A DNA stretch of 64,000 bases from an uncultured Pseudomonadota bacterium (lineage in GTDB: Bacteria; Vulcanimicrobiota; Vulcanimicrobiia; Eremiobacterales; Eremiobacteraceae): NCBI GenBank assembly GCA_963736005.1, contig CAVTNB010000001.1:672001-736000 (forward strand), read 5' to 3'. A program made the position numbers and the translations under genes. Under the pieces are notes generated by a model that was given only the letters and a program-made list of their open reading frames with translations, did not search any database and was not told the DNA's origin. The first letter of the stretch is position 1, and each line of letters starts with the position of its first letter. This document shows positions 8,610-18,612 of the stretch, piece after piece.

Positions 8610-10493
8610 ATGGTAGCTAGCCCACAGCTTGTTTCTCGCTCGGTCGTGAGGACGTTTGTCGTTGCGGCCCTTGCTTTATTGGTCGTCATCACGACGCTGC
8701 CTGGCCTGAGCTTTGTGTGGGACTCAACCGATGCCGCGTGGGGCTCCGATGGGGAACTCGGCTTTCAGTCCGACTACGATGGCAACGTCAAAGTCGTTGC
8801 CCCAGACTCCGCCGCAAGTCGAGCCGGCATTGTCGCTGGAGATCGCATAGATCTCTTTCGAACTCCCTTTGACTCGCGTGCCTACGTGGCCGGTTCGCCA
8901 GCGAGAGTTCCGGCGGGCACGCACGTGATGGTGTGGGTAAACCATCGGGGCGTTGATCGCCTCGACGAGCTCGTGCCGACACACGAGACCTACCCGCCGA
9001 TCGCAAAGCTCAACTTGGTCAGCAGAACCATCGCCGCGCTGATCTTTGTGGTGGTGGGTGGGTTGCTTGTCCTCTTGCGCCCAAGCCCAATGACCTGGGG
9101 GTTCTATCTCTATTGCCTAGGCTTTAGCCCGGGCATCGCCTTTGCTGGTTTCTCTCGTTTTCCATCGCCAACGATGCACGCCATAAACATCATTGGTGGG
9201 GACTTGCTCACGGCAGCCGGCACCGTCGGCATTCTTTTCTTTGCAATGGGTTTTCTGTGCGAAAATCCGGCGCCGTGGCGGCAACGTGTTGAGCGCGCTA
9301 TTCCCATTCTCTTCGTCCTTTTTGCTCTGCTTGTGACCTATCCTGATGTCGCAAACTTATTGCTCGGCTGGCCGGCGGAGTTGGCGCAGCGCATCATGCT
9401 GACGCTTCAGGGTGCGGTCTTCGCGCTGAGCATCATCGCCGTGTTCCAGACCTACATCCACGGGCAGCCACAAAACCGCCCGCGGATCCAGTGGGTCGTC
9501 GTTGGACTCCTTGTCGGTATTCTCGGAACGTATGTTGGGAGTCTGCTCGCGTTTAGCTCTGCACTGCCATTCACCACACCACGCTGGTTCCAAAGCTCGT
9601 TGCTCGTGCTCAATGTGACTTTGCCGTTAACGGTCGCTTATGCCGTGGTGCGGCATAGGGTTTTCGAAGTGAGTTTTGTGGTCAGCCGGGCGATCGTCTA
9701 TGCGATCTTGACCTTCATGATCGTCAGCACGTTTGCGCTGATCGAATGGTTCGTCGGTCAGGAACTTGCGGCAGCGCGCCTCGCGGTGTTTATCGAAATC
9801 GCCGTGGCCGTCGCCATCAGCTTTTGGGTGAACTCGCTCGAAAAGCAGGTCGGAAAGCTCGTCGATGGTATCTTTTTCCGCCGGCGTCGGGAGGCGTTGC
9901 AGCGAATCGAACGAGACGCAAACGCCGTTCATCGCGCGCGCGAGCAAAGCACCGTTGATGGATATGTCGTGAATGAAGCAACGACAGCGCTCGCTCTTTC
10001 TTCTGCTGCGCTTTTCCGCCGAAATGATGACGCCGTGTATGGACGGGTCCTCGCGTGCGGCTGGCCCGAAAATTCAGTGTCGTCCATCGATCACGAGGAC
10101 AAACTCGTGTTGACGCTTGAGTCTGAGTGGGAACCGCTGCGCATCGCAGAAATCGGTTGGCAGCACACGGGAGTGCCAACCGGGAACGTGGCACCCGTGC
10201 TCGCGGTGCCGCTGATCGCGCGACAAGCCCTTTGCGCTTTCGTTCTCTACGGGCCGCATTCCAATGGCGCCGATGTCGATCCCGAGGAAGTGCAGCGGCT
10301 CTTTCGCCTCTGCCGCGCAGCCCAGGCGACCTACGACGAGTTGCAGGTCGAGACGATGATGAAGCTCATTGAAGAGCTTCGCAATGAGGTCACGCGACTG
10401 CAAAATGGTGCGACAAGCATGGCGCCCGCAAGAGGCGCGATATCCCAATCGCCCCCTACAGCATCGTCGCAGGTCGCGCCCGGATCTGCGTGA
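8610..10493 (+). CDS. PDZ + multi-TM + GAF-like membrane sensor without output domain (paralog B)
   Basis: DSAASRAGIVAGDRI; LVLLRPSPMTWGFYLYCLG; RIQWVVVG; PLTVAYAVVRHRVFEVSFVVSR; PVLAVPLIAR; YGPH..G...DPEE. All colinear with 4703..6487. Confidence 0.8.
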   Translation: MVASPQLVSRSVVRTFVVAALALLVVITTLPGLSFVWDSTDAAWGSDGELGFQSDYDGNVKVVAPDSAASRAGIVAGDRIDLFRTPFDSRAYVAGSPARVPAGTHVMVWVNHRGVDRLDELVPTHETYPPIAKLNLVSRTIAALIFVVVGGLLVLLRPSPMTWGFYLYCLGFSPGIAFAGFSRFPSPTMHAINIIGGDLLTAAGTVGILFFAMGFLCENPAPWRQRVERAIPILFVLFALLVTYPDVANLLLGWPAELAQRIMLTLQGAVFALSIIAVFQTYIHGQPQNRPRIQWVVVGLLVGILGTYVGSLLAFSSALPFTTPRWFQSSLLVLNVTLPLTVAYAVVRHRVFEVSFVVSRAIVYAILTFMIVSTFALIEWFVGQELAAARLAVFIEIAVAVAISFWVNSLEKQVGKLVDGIFFRRRREALQRIERDANAVHRAREQSTVDGYVVNEATTALALSSAALFRRNDDAVYGRVLACGWPENSVSSIDHEDKLVLTLESEWEPLRIAEIGWQHTGVPTGNVAPVLAVPLIARQALCAFVLYGPHSNGADVDPEEVQRLFRLCRAAQATYDELQVETMMKLIEELRNEVTRLQNGATSMAPARGAISQSPPTASSQVAPGSA

Positions 10494-12745
10494 GAGCGAT
10501 GCGTCACTGGATCGTCGCGGTGTTGGGTATGCTTATGATCGCGTCTTTGCCGATCATCGCTTGGGCTTTTAACGATCAGACCGATAAGGTCACGGCGGTC
10601 GAGGCAAGCCAGCCTCTTCCTCTAGAGGGCAAATTGACAAACCCTGTCTGGCAAACCGGTGCAGTCGCCAAAGATTTTGTCAATTTCACAACGCGCCGGC
10701 CGGCGGCCCCCGAGGTGGCGACCACAGTCTACATCCTCTACGATGCCACGTATTTGTATGTAGGCTTCGTGTGCAATCAAGCCTCAGCCACCATCACCGC
10801 AAATCAGATCACAAATGGCGTGGGCGAAGAACTCGATGACCAGGTAGAAATCAACATTGATACGAGTGGGAACGGAACACGCGTGTACACATTCAAAACG
10901 ACTCCGAGAGCAGCTCGCTATCAAGATTCAAGCGAGTCCAACCGTTTTGATCCTCCGTGGCAGGCAGCGGCAAGCATACAACGAGCGAGCTGGTCTGCTG
11001 AGATGATCATCCCGCTCAAGGACTTGCGCGCCGCGGGCGGAACGCAAATCTGGCGCATCAACTTTCAGCGCCGGATCGCCGCTTTGGACGAATCCTTCTC
11101 GTGGGCATACAGTCCCCAGATGTCGAGCCCCGACCAAAGCCAATACTGGCCCGCGCTCACCGGCATTCGTATCGCCGGCAACTCGACTCGCCCCCTTCCG
11201 CACGCGGACATCTACGGTTTGGCAAGCATGGGTTCCGACCGCAATCAGTTTCAGCAAACCGACGGCTCGTTTGCCTTTCAGAAAGTTCGTGACTTCGGCG
11301 CGGATATGACCTACCCGATGACCAACACGCTGGCCCTCGTAGGCACTGCAAACCCCGATTTCTCGAACGTCGAGGTCGACCAGCAAACAATCGCACCGCA
11401 ACAGTTCCAACGCGTGTTTCTCGAATACCGGCCATTTTTTGCCGAGGGCTCCGACTATCTCATCCCCGGAGCTCACTTCAACTCGAGCGGAACAAAAGAC
11501 GAGATATTTTACTCACCGAGCATCGGAACGTTCAACTGGGGCGCTAAGATCGAGGGCACCATCGGATCGAATTCCCTTGGCGTGCTCGATACTGCTGGGC
11601 CCGGTTTCAATGACCAGGCGTTTGGCATCGACCACACCTCGTCATCGCAAGATTTCCGGCTCTTCGCCGACGGCGTCATGGCCCATCACACCCAGGATGG
11701 ATCGAGTGTCACGCCATGTCCGGGTATCTTGCTCACCTGTCATGACAACACGTATGAATTCGGGCTTCACAAGCAACTGCTCGCCACCGGTTGGTTGGCG
11801 AATCTTGCCTACGGGGGAGAGTCAGGCGATTTTGTTACAAATCCAAGTCTGGGCCACAGCTTCGTCGGGCTCTTTGGTCGCGAGCGACAGTACTCCGACG
11901 TTTACTTCATCTATCATGACATCGGACCGCACTACGCCCCGGTAGACGGATTTACGCTCTTGAGTGACGTTCGCGGCCCCGGCCTGTTTTCCGACTTTAA
12001 CGGTGTTGGAAAGCCGGGTGAAGCCATCAAGAACTATTTCGGTTTCTTTGGCGGGGAGCGTTCGGTCGACCGCTCTGGACAGGTTGCCTATGCATCGGCC
12101 TACGCTGACCTCACGCTCAATTTCAAGGATCTGATGACCCTCGACGTTGGACCTTCGATAAGCGAGCAGAGAACGAGCAATGGGTATCCGTCTTATACCG
12201 ATTCGCAAACGCTACCCTACAATCAGACGCACGTCGCACTAGGCTACGCCGAACAGTCGGCCTCCCCGGTCTCAGTGTCGTATTCGTGGGGACCCTTTGC
12301 GACGCTGTGCTCGGTGCCGGCAAGCGCCACAACGCCAAATCCGCTGTTTTGCGGGCCATTTTCGAACCTGTACGCGAACTTCTACCTTCAGCAATTCACG
12401 TCGGCATGGGCGCGGCAGTTCGACACGCGATTCAACATTTCAGCCGAATTTGACGGCACGGATGAGCGAGCGTTCGTTGGGCCAAGCGACGGCCAGTGGC
12501 TCCGTCGAATCTCACTTGGCGAGAACCTGGGACCGAATGCGAGTTTCTCAATTGGACTGCGATCGATCAGCGGCACTGGCGGATTCGCGGAACCAGGTTT
12601 GAATTTTGCTGCGTCACTCCACGACAAATTTCCAACCGGCAACGAATTGTTTGTCGCTTTTGGGTCGCCAGCGTCCTCGATCACCTTAAACCGGGTCATC
12701 GTCAAATACATCCTGCATATCGGGCAGGGCGGTACCGGCACCTAA
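10490..12745 (+). CDS. CBM9-like / DUF5916-like exported protein, probable outer-membrane beta-barrel
   Basis: Signal peptide; LEGKL..PVW, YDATYLYVGF, WSAEMIIP, WRINFQR (CBM9-like); TANPDFSNVEVD...EYRPFFAEG (DUF5916-like); amphipathic beta strands. GTGA overlap with paralog B. Confidence 0.75.
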   Translation: MRAMRHWIVAVLGMLMIASLPIIAWAFNDQTDKVTAVEASQPLPLEGKLTNPVWQTGAVAKDFVNFTTRRPAAPEVATTVYILYDATYLYVGFVCNQASATITANQITNGVGEELDDQVEINIDTSGNGTRVYTFKTTPRAARYQDSSESNRFDPPWQAAASIQRASWSAEMIIPLKDLRAAGGTQIWRINFQRRIAALDESFSWAYSPQMSSPDQSQYWPALTGIRIAGNSTRPLPHADIYGLASMGSDRNQFQQTDGSFAFQKVRDFGADMTYPMTNTLALVGTANPDFSNVEVDQQTIAPQQFQRVFLEYRPFFAEGSDYLIPGAHFNSSGTKDEIFYSPSIGTFNWGAKIEGTIGSNSLGVLDTAGPGFNDQAFGIDHTSSSQDFRLFADGVMAHHTQDGSSVTPCPGILLTCHDNTYEFGLHKQLLATGWLANLAYGGESGDFVTNPSLGHSFVGLFGRERQYSDVYFIYHDIGPHYAPVDGFTLLSDVRGPGLFSDFNGVGKPGEAIKNYFGFFGGERSVDRSGQVAYASAYADLTLNFKDLMTLDVGPSISEQRTSNGYPSYTDSQTLPYNQTHVALGYAEQSASPVSVSYSWGPFATLCSVPASATTPNPLFCGPFSNLYANFYLQQFTSAWARQFDTRFNISAEFDGTDERAFVGPSDGQWLRRISLGENLGPNASFSIGLRSISGTGGFAEPGLNFAASLHDKFPTGNELFVAFGSPASSITLNRVIVKYILHIGQGGTGT

Positions 12746-13032
12746 GGCGAGAGCAGGTTCGAGCGAATCGTGATTGGTCGGTAATCGGCATCTCCGACCG
12801 AGGCTGATTTTATGACGTGCAGATCGCGAGGCGCGTAAAGGTCGTTCTCATGGCCGGCGGGGCACATGATCGAAAAAGCGCTGCGCAGGTCACGCTCCTC
12901 GACCGGTAACTTCACAATCATGCCGTCAGGGTAGACAACGTCGGACGTCCGTCCTTCTACCACGATCAGCTCACCGCAATCGGGCTCGGCGCATTTCACG
13001 TCGTGTCGGTAACGCACTCGTAAGTAATGCAT
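12742..13032 (-). CDS. Small hypothetical protein with possible metal-binding Cys/His pairs
   Basis: CAEPDC and CPAGH motifs in 96 aa. Confidence 0.5.
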   Translation of the reverse strand: MHYLRVRYRHDVKCAEPDCGELIVVEGRTSDVVYPDGMIVKLPVEERDLRSAFSIMCPAGHENDLYAPRDLHVIKSASVGDADYRPITIRSNLLSP

Positions 13033-13228
13033 CTATATTAGTAATCGACCAGCTCGCCGCTCGATATAGCCCCGACTTTACCGGCCTGCGTGGTTGGGTT
13101 AACGATCGCTCTCTCCTCAGCGCCCGTACCCATAATGTGCGGGACGCTTGCTGCTGCACAGACGATCCGATACCCGCAAAATAATGAAGCGGACGACGTC
13201 ACCGTCGCCCGCTCCGTGCGTTTTGAGT

Positions 13229-13876
13229 TTAGTAGAGCTCGACTTCGCTAAGATTCTTCTCGATCTTACGCTTGACGCGCTGGAGCGCGTTGTCGATCGA
13301 CTTGACATGGCGGTTAAGATCCCGCGCCATCTCTTGATACGACTTGCCTTCCAGATAGCTCAGCAGCACCTGCGACTCGAGATCGCTGAGGTTCTCCTGA
13401 ATGCGCTCCTTGATATCTTCCGAAACTTCCTGGTTGATCACCAGTTCCTCGGGATCCGACATCTTGGCGCTTGCCATCACGTCGAGCAGGGTCCGCTCAC
13501 TATCTTCATCATAGATGGGCTTATTGAGCGAGATGTACTGATTCAGCGGGATGTGTTTCTGCCGCGTCGCTGTCTTGATCGCGGTAATGATTTGGCGCGT
13601 GATGCAGAGCTCCGCGAAGGCCCGGAACGACGAGAGCTTATCCGCGCGAAAGTCGCGAACAGCCTTGTAGAGTCCGATCATTCCCTCTTGAATGATGTCT
13701 TCTCGGTCTGCACCGATGAGAAAGTAGCTCTTAGCCTTGATGCGGACGAAGTTCTTATATTTGTTGAGCAGGAACTCCATGGCGAGGTTGTCGCCACATT
13801 TGGCTGCATTTACGAGTTCTTCGTCGGCGCGCTCACTGTAGTCGTAGGTCTCTTCTACCGGGTGAAGTGCCCCCAA
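13229..13876 (-). CDS. sigH: RNA polymerase sigma factor SigH
   Basis: KAKSYFLIGADREDIIQEGMIGLYKA, TAIKTATRQKHIPLN, KSIDNALQRVKRK; canonical position after rlmB. Confidence 0.95.
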   Translation of the reverse strand: MGALHPVEETYDYSERADEELVNAAKCGDNLAMEFLLNKYKNFVRIKAKSYFLIGADREDIIQEGMIGLYKAVRDFRADKLSSFRAFAELCITRQIITAIKTATRQKHIPLNQYISLNKPIYDEDSERTLLDVMASAKMSDPEELVINQEVSEDIKERIQENLSDLESQVLLSYLEGKSYQEMARDLNRHVKSIDNALQRVKRKIEKNLSEVELY

Positions 13877-13932
13877 AATTGTTTTCTACCCCCTAAATTT
13901 GGCTGCCCCAGCCGCCCTGGCAGTCCTACCCG

Positions 13933-13961
13933 ATTATATGTTCGGGCCTCGATTTCGTCAA
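13933..13961 (-). promoter_or_regulatory. Sigma70-type promoter of sigH
   Basis: TTGACG-17 nt-TATAAT on the minus strand, 56 nt upstream of the TTG start. Confidence 0.8.
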
Positions 13962-14022
13962 GTTTTGGGCCGTGTTTTCGGCTTGTTTGCCTGCGTCACA
14001 ATGTCCGAGACACCCTTGACAA

Positions 14023-14076
14023 GGGCGACTTGACAGTCGCCCGCTACGTTTGGGCGACTTGCCAATCGCCCCCTAC
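14023..14076. repeat. REP doublet (type A + type B palindromes)
   Basis: gggcgacttgacagtcgccc-g-ctac, then gggcgacttgccaatcgcccc-ctac. Confidence 0.9.
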
Positions 14077-14813
14077 AGTTTCTTCGCCGCTTCAAAGAGG
14101 ACGATGGCTGCTGCGCTTGCTGCATTGAGCGATCCGACGCGACCTCGCAATGGAATCCGCACCAAAGCATCGCATCGCTCGCTCACTAAGCGTGACAAAC
14201 CCTTGCCCTCTGCACCGACAACCAAGACGCATTTTCCCGTGTAATCTGCTGTATCGTACTCCTGCGCGGTCGCGGCTGGCGAGAGGCCTGTGACCCAACA
14301 TCCATCCTCTTTGAGTGCCATCAGTGCAGCGACGATATTCGGGACACGAGCAATCTTCAGGTGAGATGTGGCTCCGGCGGCGGCCCGGCGCGTGACCGCG
14401 GTAACAGCGGCGTTGCGGCGATCTGGCATCACCACGGCATTCGCTCCCGCGCCCTCGGCATTGCGCAACACGGCCCCAAGATTCTGCGGATCCTCGAGAT
14501 GATCGATGGCAACGATCAAGGCCTTGCTCGCCTTGCGCACCATCGCTCTGACGTCTGCTATGGGAGTATATGCAAAGGCAGGCAAATCTGCCGCGACGTC
14601 TTGATGGCCTTCTCCCCGACCGAAACGACGATCGCCAGTCGGCACCTCGAAATCAACGGGGATTCCTTGCGAGCGCGCCGTCGCGATTAACGCGGCAAGC
14701 TTTGGATCTTTTTCTCTGTGCTTGGGGACGCGGATGCGCCGGAGCGCCTCGCCTCCCTTAAGCGCTTCGTCAACCGCGTGAAAGCCGTAAATACGTTCCT
14801 CATCGGTTCCCAT
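14073..14813 (-). CDS. rlmB: 23S rRNA Gm2251 methyltransferase
   Basis: IYGFHAV, HQDVAA, DPQNLGAVLR, VVGAEGKG, SLNAASA (SPOUT motifs); follows cysS. Confidence 0.93.
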   Translation of the reverse strand: MGTDEERIYGFHAVDEALKGGEALRRIRVPKHREKDPKLAALIATARSQGIPVDFEVPTGDRRFGRGEGHQDVAADLPAFAYTPIADVRAMVRKASKALIVAIDHLEDPQNLGAVLRNAEGAGANAVVMPDRRNAAVTAVTRRAAAGATSHLKIARVPNIVAALMALKEDGCWVTGLSPAATAQEYDTADYTGKCVLVVGAEGKGLSRLVSERCDALVRIPLRGRVGSLNAASAAAIVLFEAAKKL

Positions 14814-16251
14814 CAAGAGCCCATTCACTGCCGGATTTGAGATCCCGCACATTGACGCCAGCCGATGCAAGCGCGTCGCGCAACCTGTCCGAGGTAGCAA
14901 AGTTCTTCTTGGCCCGAGCCTCTTCACGCAACTCGAGAATGCGATTGACAAGCGCCGCGCCATCCAATTCGCCGTCGCCCGCGAGCGCCCGCAGTAGATC
15001 GCGTTGCGCCGGCGCCAACTCAACCCGACGCGCAACGGGCCAGCCGGCTTGCTCCGCTGTGGCGGGTAATCCCAAAACACCCAGGCAGCGCTCCACGATC
15101 GCAATCGTGTTGCCGGCGGACCGGGGGTTGGCGATCGCGCTCGTGCGCCCTTCGCGCACTTTCGTCTGAAGCCAGCCGAGGGCCCCAGCGGTATTGAGAT
15201 CGTCATCAAGAAAGGCATCGAATGCCGTCGCATCGATCGGGCCCGTTCCACCGATAGCGGCGTGGGACCGCAGCGCGTTGAGCTCCTCGTACAAACCCCG
15301 AAGACCCTTGGCTGCTGCTTCGAGCGCCGCTATCGTAAAGTTCGACGGCTTGCGGTATCCGGTTTGAAGAAAGAGATAGCGGACCGCTGCGGCACGATGC
15401 TGTTGCAAGAGCTCGCGCATGGGTATGAAATTTCCAAGCGACTTGCTCATTTTTTGCCCGTCGACGTTCAGCAACCCGGCGTGAACCCAGAAACGCGCCA
15501 TTGGGTGTTTCCCGGTTGCTGTTTCCGTTTGAGCGATTTCATTCTCGTGATGCGGGAAGACGAGATCCGCCGCTCCGCCGTGGAGGTCGAACTGATCTCC
15601 GAGATAGCGCTTGCACATCGCGGAGCACTCGATATGCCAACCCGGTCGCCCGGGGCCCCAGGGGCTCTCCCACGTCGGCTCGCCCGGCTTCGCCTTTTTC
15701 CAGAGGGCAAAGTCAAGTGGATCGCGCTTTTCCTCACGCACCGCGATGCGTTCGCCGGCGCGCAGTTCGTCCAAATTGCGGCGGCTTAGCTCGCCGTAGT
15801 GCGAGTCCCGCGCGACTGCAAAATAGACGCCGTCACTTGTCTCGTACGCCGCTTCGGATGCGACGAGGCATGCGATCAGACTTGTGATTTCGGGCATCTC
15901 CTGCGTTGCTCGGGGAGAGCAGCTGGGTTCCAGCAAACCAAGCGCTTCAGCGCACTCCTCAAATTCCCCATAGTAACGAGCCACCACGTCATTCCAAGGC
16001 ACCTTGTCCTTTGCTGCGCGATCGATGATGCGGTCATCAATGTCGGTGACGTTTCGGATATAGTTGACCTCGATGCCCTTGGCCCGCAAATGGCGGACCA
16101 AAATGTCAAACGTTAGAAACGTGCGCGCATGACCGAGGTGCGGGTGAAAGCTTGGGGTCATCCCGCAAACATACATCGACACGCGGCCAGGTTGCATTGG
16201 CTCGAACGTTTCGACTTTGCGGGTCAGCGTGTTAAAGAGTTGGAGAGCCAT
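14800..16251 (-). CDS. cysS: Cysteinyl-tRNA synthetase
   Basis: [33 protein letters not shown]. Confidence 0.97.
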   Translation of the reverse strand: MALQLFNTLTRKVETFEPMQPGRVSMYVCGMTPSFHPHLGHARTFLTFDILVRHLRAKGIEVNYIRNVTDIDDRIIDRAAKDKVPWNDVVARYYGEFEECAEALGLLEPSCSPRATQEMPEITSLIACLVASEAAYETSDGVYFAVARDSHYGELSRRNLDELRAGERIAVREEKRDPLDFALWKKAKPGEPTWESPWGPGRPGWHIECSAMCKRYLGDQFDLHGGAADLVFPHHENEIAQTETATGKHPMARFWVHAGLLNVDGQKMSKSLGNFIPMRELLQQHRAAAVRYLFLQTGYRKPSNFTIAALEAAAKGLRGLYEELNALRSHAAIGGTGPIDATAFDAFLDDDLNTAGALGWLQTKVREGRTSAIANPRSAGNTIAIVERCLGVLGLPATAEQAGWPVARRVELAPAQRDLLRALAGDGELDGAALVNRILELREEARAKKNFATSDRLRDALASAGVNVRDLKSGSEWALDGNR

Positions 16252-16903
16252 GACTCGATTCCGCGCTGCGTCGCATTTCAAGCGCATCGATGCGCGCGTT
16301 GAGCGCGGCGAGCGCTTCGCTGGTTGGATCCGGCATGTCGACTTGCGGAATGATCGGTTCTTCGACTTTCTTACCGTCGACAAACACCAGCCTACCAGGC
16401 ACCCCTACCACCGTGCTATTGGGAGGCACCGACTTCACCACAGCGGCACCGGCGGCGACTTTCGAATTGCTCCCGATGACGATGGCGCCAAGGATCGCTG
16501 CTCCCGCACCGACGACGACGTTGTCTTCGAGGGTTGGGTGTCGTTTGCCGTGCTGGAGGCTCGTGCCGCCAAGGGTCACGCCTTGGTAAAGGGTGCAATT
16601 TCTGCCGATCTCGGTTGTCTCTCCAATGACCACACCCATGCCGTGATCGATGAACAATCCGGCGCCGATCTCCGCCCCCGGATGGATCTCAATGCCGGTA
16701 ACAAAGCGCATGATGTGCGAGAGCAGGCGCGGCAGAACTGGAATATGCCAGCGGTAGAGCGGATGAATGAATCGATGGGCGACAACGGCATGGAGGCCGG
16801 GATATGCTAGGAGCACCTCAAGCCAGTTGACGGCGGCGGGATCGCGCTCGAAGCATGCTCGCCAGTCAGCCTGCACTTGTCTGAAGATGGAATCGCGTTT
16901 CAT
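16232..16903 (-). CDS. cysE: Serine O-acetyltransferase
   Basis: [32 protein letters not shown] hexapeptide repeats. Confidence 0.96.
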   Translation of the reverse strand: MKRDSIFRQVQADWRACFERDPAAVNWLEVLLAYPGLHAVVAHRFIHPLYRWHIPVLPRLLSHIMRFVTGIEIHPGAEIGAGLFIDHGMGVVIGETTEIGRNCTLYQGVTLGGTSLQHGKRHPTLEDNVVVGAGAAILGAIVIGSNSKVAAGAAVVKSVPPNSTVVGVPGRLVFVDGKKVEEPIIPQVDMPDPTSEALAALNARIDALEMRRSAESSHGSPTL

Positions 16904-16961
16904 GGTAGTCCTGCCTCGCCCGTTGTGACGTTGGTTCGCGAGTTCATTCGCGACCGTAGAA

Positions 16962-16991
16962 AGGATGAAGGGCGCTTAAGCGCCCTGTCAA
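16962..16991 (-). promoter_or_regulatory. Possible cysE promoter containing a perfect 18-bp palindrome
   Basis: TTGACA-18 nt-CATCCT; AGGGCGCTTAAGCGCCCT at 16969-16986. Confidence 0.45.
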
Positions 16992-17074
16992 CAGCAACAG
17001 CGGCAGGACTGTATCAGACTTTTGGAAGTGGGCGGCAACGGCCGTGCGGCTCTGTGCATCTGGATGCCACCTTC

Positions 17075-18571
17075 TCAGACGGGGCGGGACTGCTCCTGCC
17101 CGATCTGTTGGAACCGGTCAAGCGACGTCTTCATGCGGAGCGCGATGCGCTTGGGACCGAGGAGCCGAAGCAGCAGGGGCAGCTCGATGCCGTGTTCGGA
17201 ACCCGTGGTCGCGAGGCGAATCGGCCGAAAGAGCGATCGTCCTTTCAAGCCGTACTTGTCGCCGAGTGCTTTGAGCCCTTCCTTTGAAGTGGCACGCGCA
17301 AACTGTTCGGCGGTTTTTGCGCTCTCGGCGATGTGACGCAGTTCCTCGAGCATCTGCCGAACCGGTGCTTGCGCAAACGCTACATCGGCGCTCGGATCCC
17401 AAGGAAGCGTGTCGCTCAGCAGTGACTCAAGTTCGCGTGGGATGTCTGAGAGCACCTCAATGTGATCGCTTGCTGCTTCTGCAAAACTTTCTAACCATGC
17501 CGGATCGTTCACCTCCGGTAAGTCCGCCAAGCGTCCGTCGCGTCGCACTGTCTGCCCAAAGAGCGAAGCACGATCGGCGATCGTCCGGCGACGGATATAC
17601 TGTGCATTGAACCAGCGCAGTTTGCCCGAGTCGAAGATCGCAGGACTCTTGCTCGCTCGCTCGAGCGAGAACGCAGTCGCGAGCTCGTCGAGGCTGAAGA
17701 ACTCGCGGTCGTCTCCCGGCGACCACCCCAAGAGGGCAAGATAGTTCACGAGCGCTTCAGGCAAAAACCCTGCATCGCGGTATTCTCCCACCGCCGTGGC
17801 ACCGTGGCGCTTTGACAATTTGTGATGATCGGGCGCGAGAATCATGGAGACGTGGGCGAAGAGGGGCAGTGCCAACTCGAGCGCTTCGAAGAGCGCGACT
17901 TGGCGTGGCGTGTTCGGTAGATGTTCGTCGGCGCGGATCACGTGCGTGATGCCCATATCGCTATCGTCAACGACCACCGCGAAGTTGTACGTTGGTGTTT
18001 TGTTCGGGCGTAAAATGACGAAGTCACCGAGCGTGCCTGCCGGGAAATGAATGGAGCCACGGATGAGGTCTTCGACATACATGTCGCGCTGGGGCATAGC
18101 AAACCGCAGTGCGGGCGTACGACCCGCCGTTTCCAAGACAACTCGCTGCTGGGCAGTTAGGTTGCGACACTTGCCTGAATATTTTGGAGCTTCGCCGCGT
18201 TTTTCTTGAGCGGCGCGCTCCGCCTCGAGTTCTTCGGGCGTGCAGTAGCACGCATACACGGCTTCAGTTTCGATGAGGCGAGCCGTGGCAAGCGCATAGC
18301 GATCCAGACGCTCGGTCTGACGGTACGGCGCAAACGGGCCGCCCACATCTGGGCCCTCATCCCAATTCAGGCCAAGCCATCGCAGGTCGGCCGCAATGGC
18401 CGCTTCGTGCTCCCGGCTCGAGCGCTCGGCATCCGTGTCTTCAGAGCGAAGCACCAGCGTCCCATTGTTGTGCCGCGCAAAGAGATAATTGAAGAGCGCC
18501 GTTCGCGCGCCGCCGACGTGGAGCGCACCTGTCGGCGAGGGAGCGAAGCGAACGCGTACAAGGGGCGTCAT
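17075..18571 (-). CDS. gltX: Glutamyl-tRNA synthetase
   Basis: RFAPSPTG..HVGG, WDEGPD, KLSKR; start set at MTPLVRV. Confidence 0.97.
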   Translation of the reverse strand: MTPLVRVRFAPSPTGALHVGGARTALFNYLFARHNNGTLVLRSEDTDAERSSREHEAAIAADLRWLGLNWDEGPDVGGPFAPYRQTERLDRYALATARLIETEAVYACYCTPEELEAERAAQEKRGEAPKYSGKCRNLTAQQRVVLETAGRTPALRFAMPQRDMYVEDLIRGSIHFPAGTLGDFVILRPNKTPTYNFAVVVDDSDMGITHVIRADEHLPNTPRQVALFEALELALPLFAHVSMILAPDHHKLSKRHGATAVGEYRDAGFLPEALVNYLALLGWSPGDDREFFSLDELATAFSLERASKSPAIFDSGKLRWFNAQYIRRRTIADRASLFGQTVRRDGRLADLPEVNDPAWLESFAEAASDHIEVLSDIPRELESLLSDTLPWDPSADVAFAQAPVRQMLEELRHIAESAKTAEQFARATSKEGLKALGDKYGLKGRSLFRPIRLATTGSEHGIELPLLLRLLGPKRIALRMKTSLDRFQQIGQEQSRPV

Positions 18572-18585
18572 CGCCTGACGTCTTC

Positions 18586-18612
18586 GGGGCGATTTTCCCA
18601 ATCGCCCCCTAG
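18586..18612. repeat. REP type B
   Basis: ggggcgattttcccaatcgcccc-ctag. Confidence 0.9.

Noticed and set aside
13148..14128. 326-aa plus-strand ORF
   Set aside because: Antisense shadow of sigH; no recognisable motifs.
17055..17074. AAGGTGGCATCC as a T-box motif
   Set aside because: Only a partial match, directly after the gltX stop, leaving no room for stem I or a specifier loop.
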